This document shows positions 62,451 to 64,000 of a stretch of 64,000 nucleotides of DNA, one piece after another. The translations under genes and the position numbers were made by a program. The stretch is taken from assembly GCA_965221905.1 (NCBI GenBank), contig OZ244922.1:992001-1056000 (forward strand), in the 5' to 3' direction. The notes under the pieces were generated by a model. That model had not been told where the DNA came from and ran no database searches. It saw nothing but the letters and a program-made list of their open reading frames with translations. The first letter of the stretch is position 1; every line of letters begins with the position of its first letter. Origin of the DNA: Chloroflexota bacterium. Its GTDB lineage: Bacteria > Chloroflexota > UBA11872 > VXOZ01.

Positions 62451-62690
62451 TGCGTCCTTCAGCGTTGTTGGAGATAGTCACTCTTCGGAACCAGCGCACG
62501 CCACATGATTACGGCGCCGGTGCCGGGTTCCCGTTGAGGGAATAGATGAGTAGCGCTGGAATACGGTTCAATAGTAACGCGAAAGCGGCATGAACGTCAC
62601 ATCTAGCTGCTAGGGCGCGCCGGTCAACGCTCCTACATGAGAGGGAGACTCGGTGTCCGAAAATCAGGCAAATCTGGAGCCGCATTATTG

Positions 62691-62741
62691 TGTGTAATCT
62701 TGCAGTTACTACTTGCAATATTACACATTTCTCCATATACT
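62691..62741 (+). promoter_or_regulatory. promoter TTGCAA-N17-TATACT overlapped by an inverted-repeat operator
   Basis: -35 at 62713-62718, -10 at 62736-62741, ATG at 62748; IR tgtgtaatcttgca / tgcaatattacaca spans 62691-62727. Confidence 0.65.
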
Positions 62742-62747
62742 GAAAGT

Positions 62748-63950
62748 ATGATTGAGCGTGAAATCACTCCCCGTCTTTTCGCCTTGTTCAAGCAGTATCC
62801 CTTTGTGACTGTGACCGGGCCACGGCAGTCCGGCAAGACGACGCTGTGCCGCAATGTGTTCCCTAACTTAGAATATGTGAATCTCGAAGCGCCTGACCAG
62901 AGGGAGTTTGCAGAATCTGATCCGAGGGCCTTTCTTGCACGTCTCGATGACGGCGCCATTCTCGATGAGATCCAACGCGTTCCGAGCCTCTTGTCCTATC
63001 TGCAGGTTCTCGCCGACGAAAAGGGGCGCAACGGCCTCTTCGTGCTTACGGGGAGCGAGCAGTTCCGGCTTTCTGACGCCATCGGCCAGTCGCTGGCAGG
63101 GCGAACGGCACTGCTCCGTCTCTTGCCATTTTCTCTAGCAGAGCGGCAATTGACCGGCGCAAGCACCGCGGTAGACGATATCCTTTACTCGGGTTTCTAT
63201 CCGCGCATTCACGATCAAGGGCTCGATCCGCGACAAGCACTTGGCGATTACTTTGAAACCTACGTTGAGCGTGACGTGCGGCAGCTTGGCGAGATACGCA
63301 ACCTTTCGAGCTTTCGGCGTTTCGTGCGGCTCTGTGCCGGGCGTGTTGGTCAGTTAGTCAATCTTGCTTCGCTGGGCGCTGACGCGGGCGTTTCACACAC
63401 CACTGCCAGAGAGTGGCTTACGGTCTTGGAAGCAAGCTACATCGTCTTCCAGCTCGAGCCCTTTCACACCAATCTTCAAAAGCGCTTGATCAAGTCGCCT
63501 AAGCTTTACTTTTACGACGTTGGTTTGGCCAGCTATCTTATGGGTATCGAACATGCCAAGCAGGTGGCCACGCACCCCTTACGCGGGTCTTTATTTGAGA
63601 ATACGGTTGTCATAGAGGCGCTCAAGCACCGCTTCAATCGGGGCCGGCAATCGAATCTCTCTTTCTTCCGAGACGTGCGTGGTCTGGAATGTGACCTGTT
63701 CTACGAGACCGGCCAAGACATAAGCGCTATTGAGATCAAGTCGGGCGCTACGATTGCGTCAGACTACTTTAGTTCGCTCAATCGCGTTGCAAAGCGAGTT
63801 CCACACATTATTTCCAAGTGTGTCGTCTACGGCGGCATTGAACGTCAATCGCGCACCAATGGTGACGTTGTTCCATTGGGTGACTTCGCCGGTGTTCTTG
63901 AACGCATTGAAGTCGAGCAAGCGGTTGGCGGATATGTCGAAGAGAAATAG
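62748..63950 (+). CDS. AAA_14 ATPase with DUF4143 domain
   Basis: GPRQSGKTT, LDEIQR, LTGS, SLAGR, KSPKLYFYDVGL, FEN and ECD...IEIK motifs. Confidence 0.93.
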   Translation: MIEREITPRLFALFKQYPFVTVTGPRQSGKTTLCRNVFPNLEYVNLEAPDQREFAESDPRAFLARLDDGAILDEIQRVPSLLSYLQVLADEKGRNGLFVLTGSEQFRLSDAIGQSLAGRTALLRLLPFSLAERQLTGASTAVDDILYSGFYPRIHDQGLDPRQALGDYFETYVERDVRQLGEIRNLSSFRRFVRLCAGRVGQLVNLASLGADAGVSHTTAREWLTVLEASYIVFQLEPFHTNLQKRLIKSPKLYFYDVGLASYLMGIEHAKQVATHPLRGSLFENTVVIEALKHRFNRGRQSNLSFFRDVRGLECDLFYETGQDISAIEIKSGATIASDYFSSLNRVAKRVPHIISKCVVYGGIERQSRTNGDVVPLGDFAGVLERIEVEQAVGGYVEEK

Positions 63951-64000
63951 GGAATAACGCCTTCCACGTCATGAGGCTCGGCTGTGGGTGGAAGTAGCCG

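Overview
A GC-rich bacterial chromosomal window. A Chloroflexota-like organism, possibly host- or sponge-associated, is inferred from the Pro/Thr-linker lipoproteins, orphan Tat solute-binding proteins, NHL/PD40 repeat proteins and DapL lysine pathway; this is not proven. Core genes are dapF, dapL, lysA, leuC, leuD and fabG. They are mixed with catabolic enzymes, secreted proteins, putative defence modules (RosmerTA-like pair, ABC-ATPase+TOPRIM pair, NucS-like nuclease, PaREP1, AAA_14/DUF4143) and at least six families of REP-like palindromes. The best-resolved system is a complete IS110 element (19501-20652) inserted into a REP-like repeat. Its upstream non-coding end contains a readable bridge RNA: the target guides GTTCGTCCT and GGCTCAG match the reconstituted target GTTCGTC-CT-GAGCC exactly. 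The reconstructed circle junction forms a TTGACA-17-TATCTT promoter, and an empty perfect target site lies about 100 bp away. Other candidates for novelty are an intact 985-aa SF1-helicase/PLD-like protein with eroded catalytic motifs, two small divergent genes whose ATGs overlap in one CCATGG palindrome, three paralogous lipoproteins with an unrecognised two-Cys domain, and a start-less second copy of a surface-protein C-terminal domain. Three genes are each split by an apparent 1-nt deletion, possibly sequencing error. All family calls come from motif recognition, not database searches.
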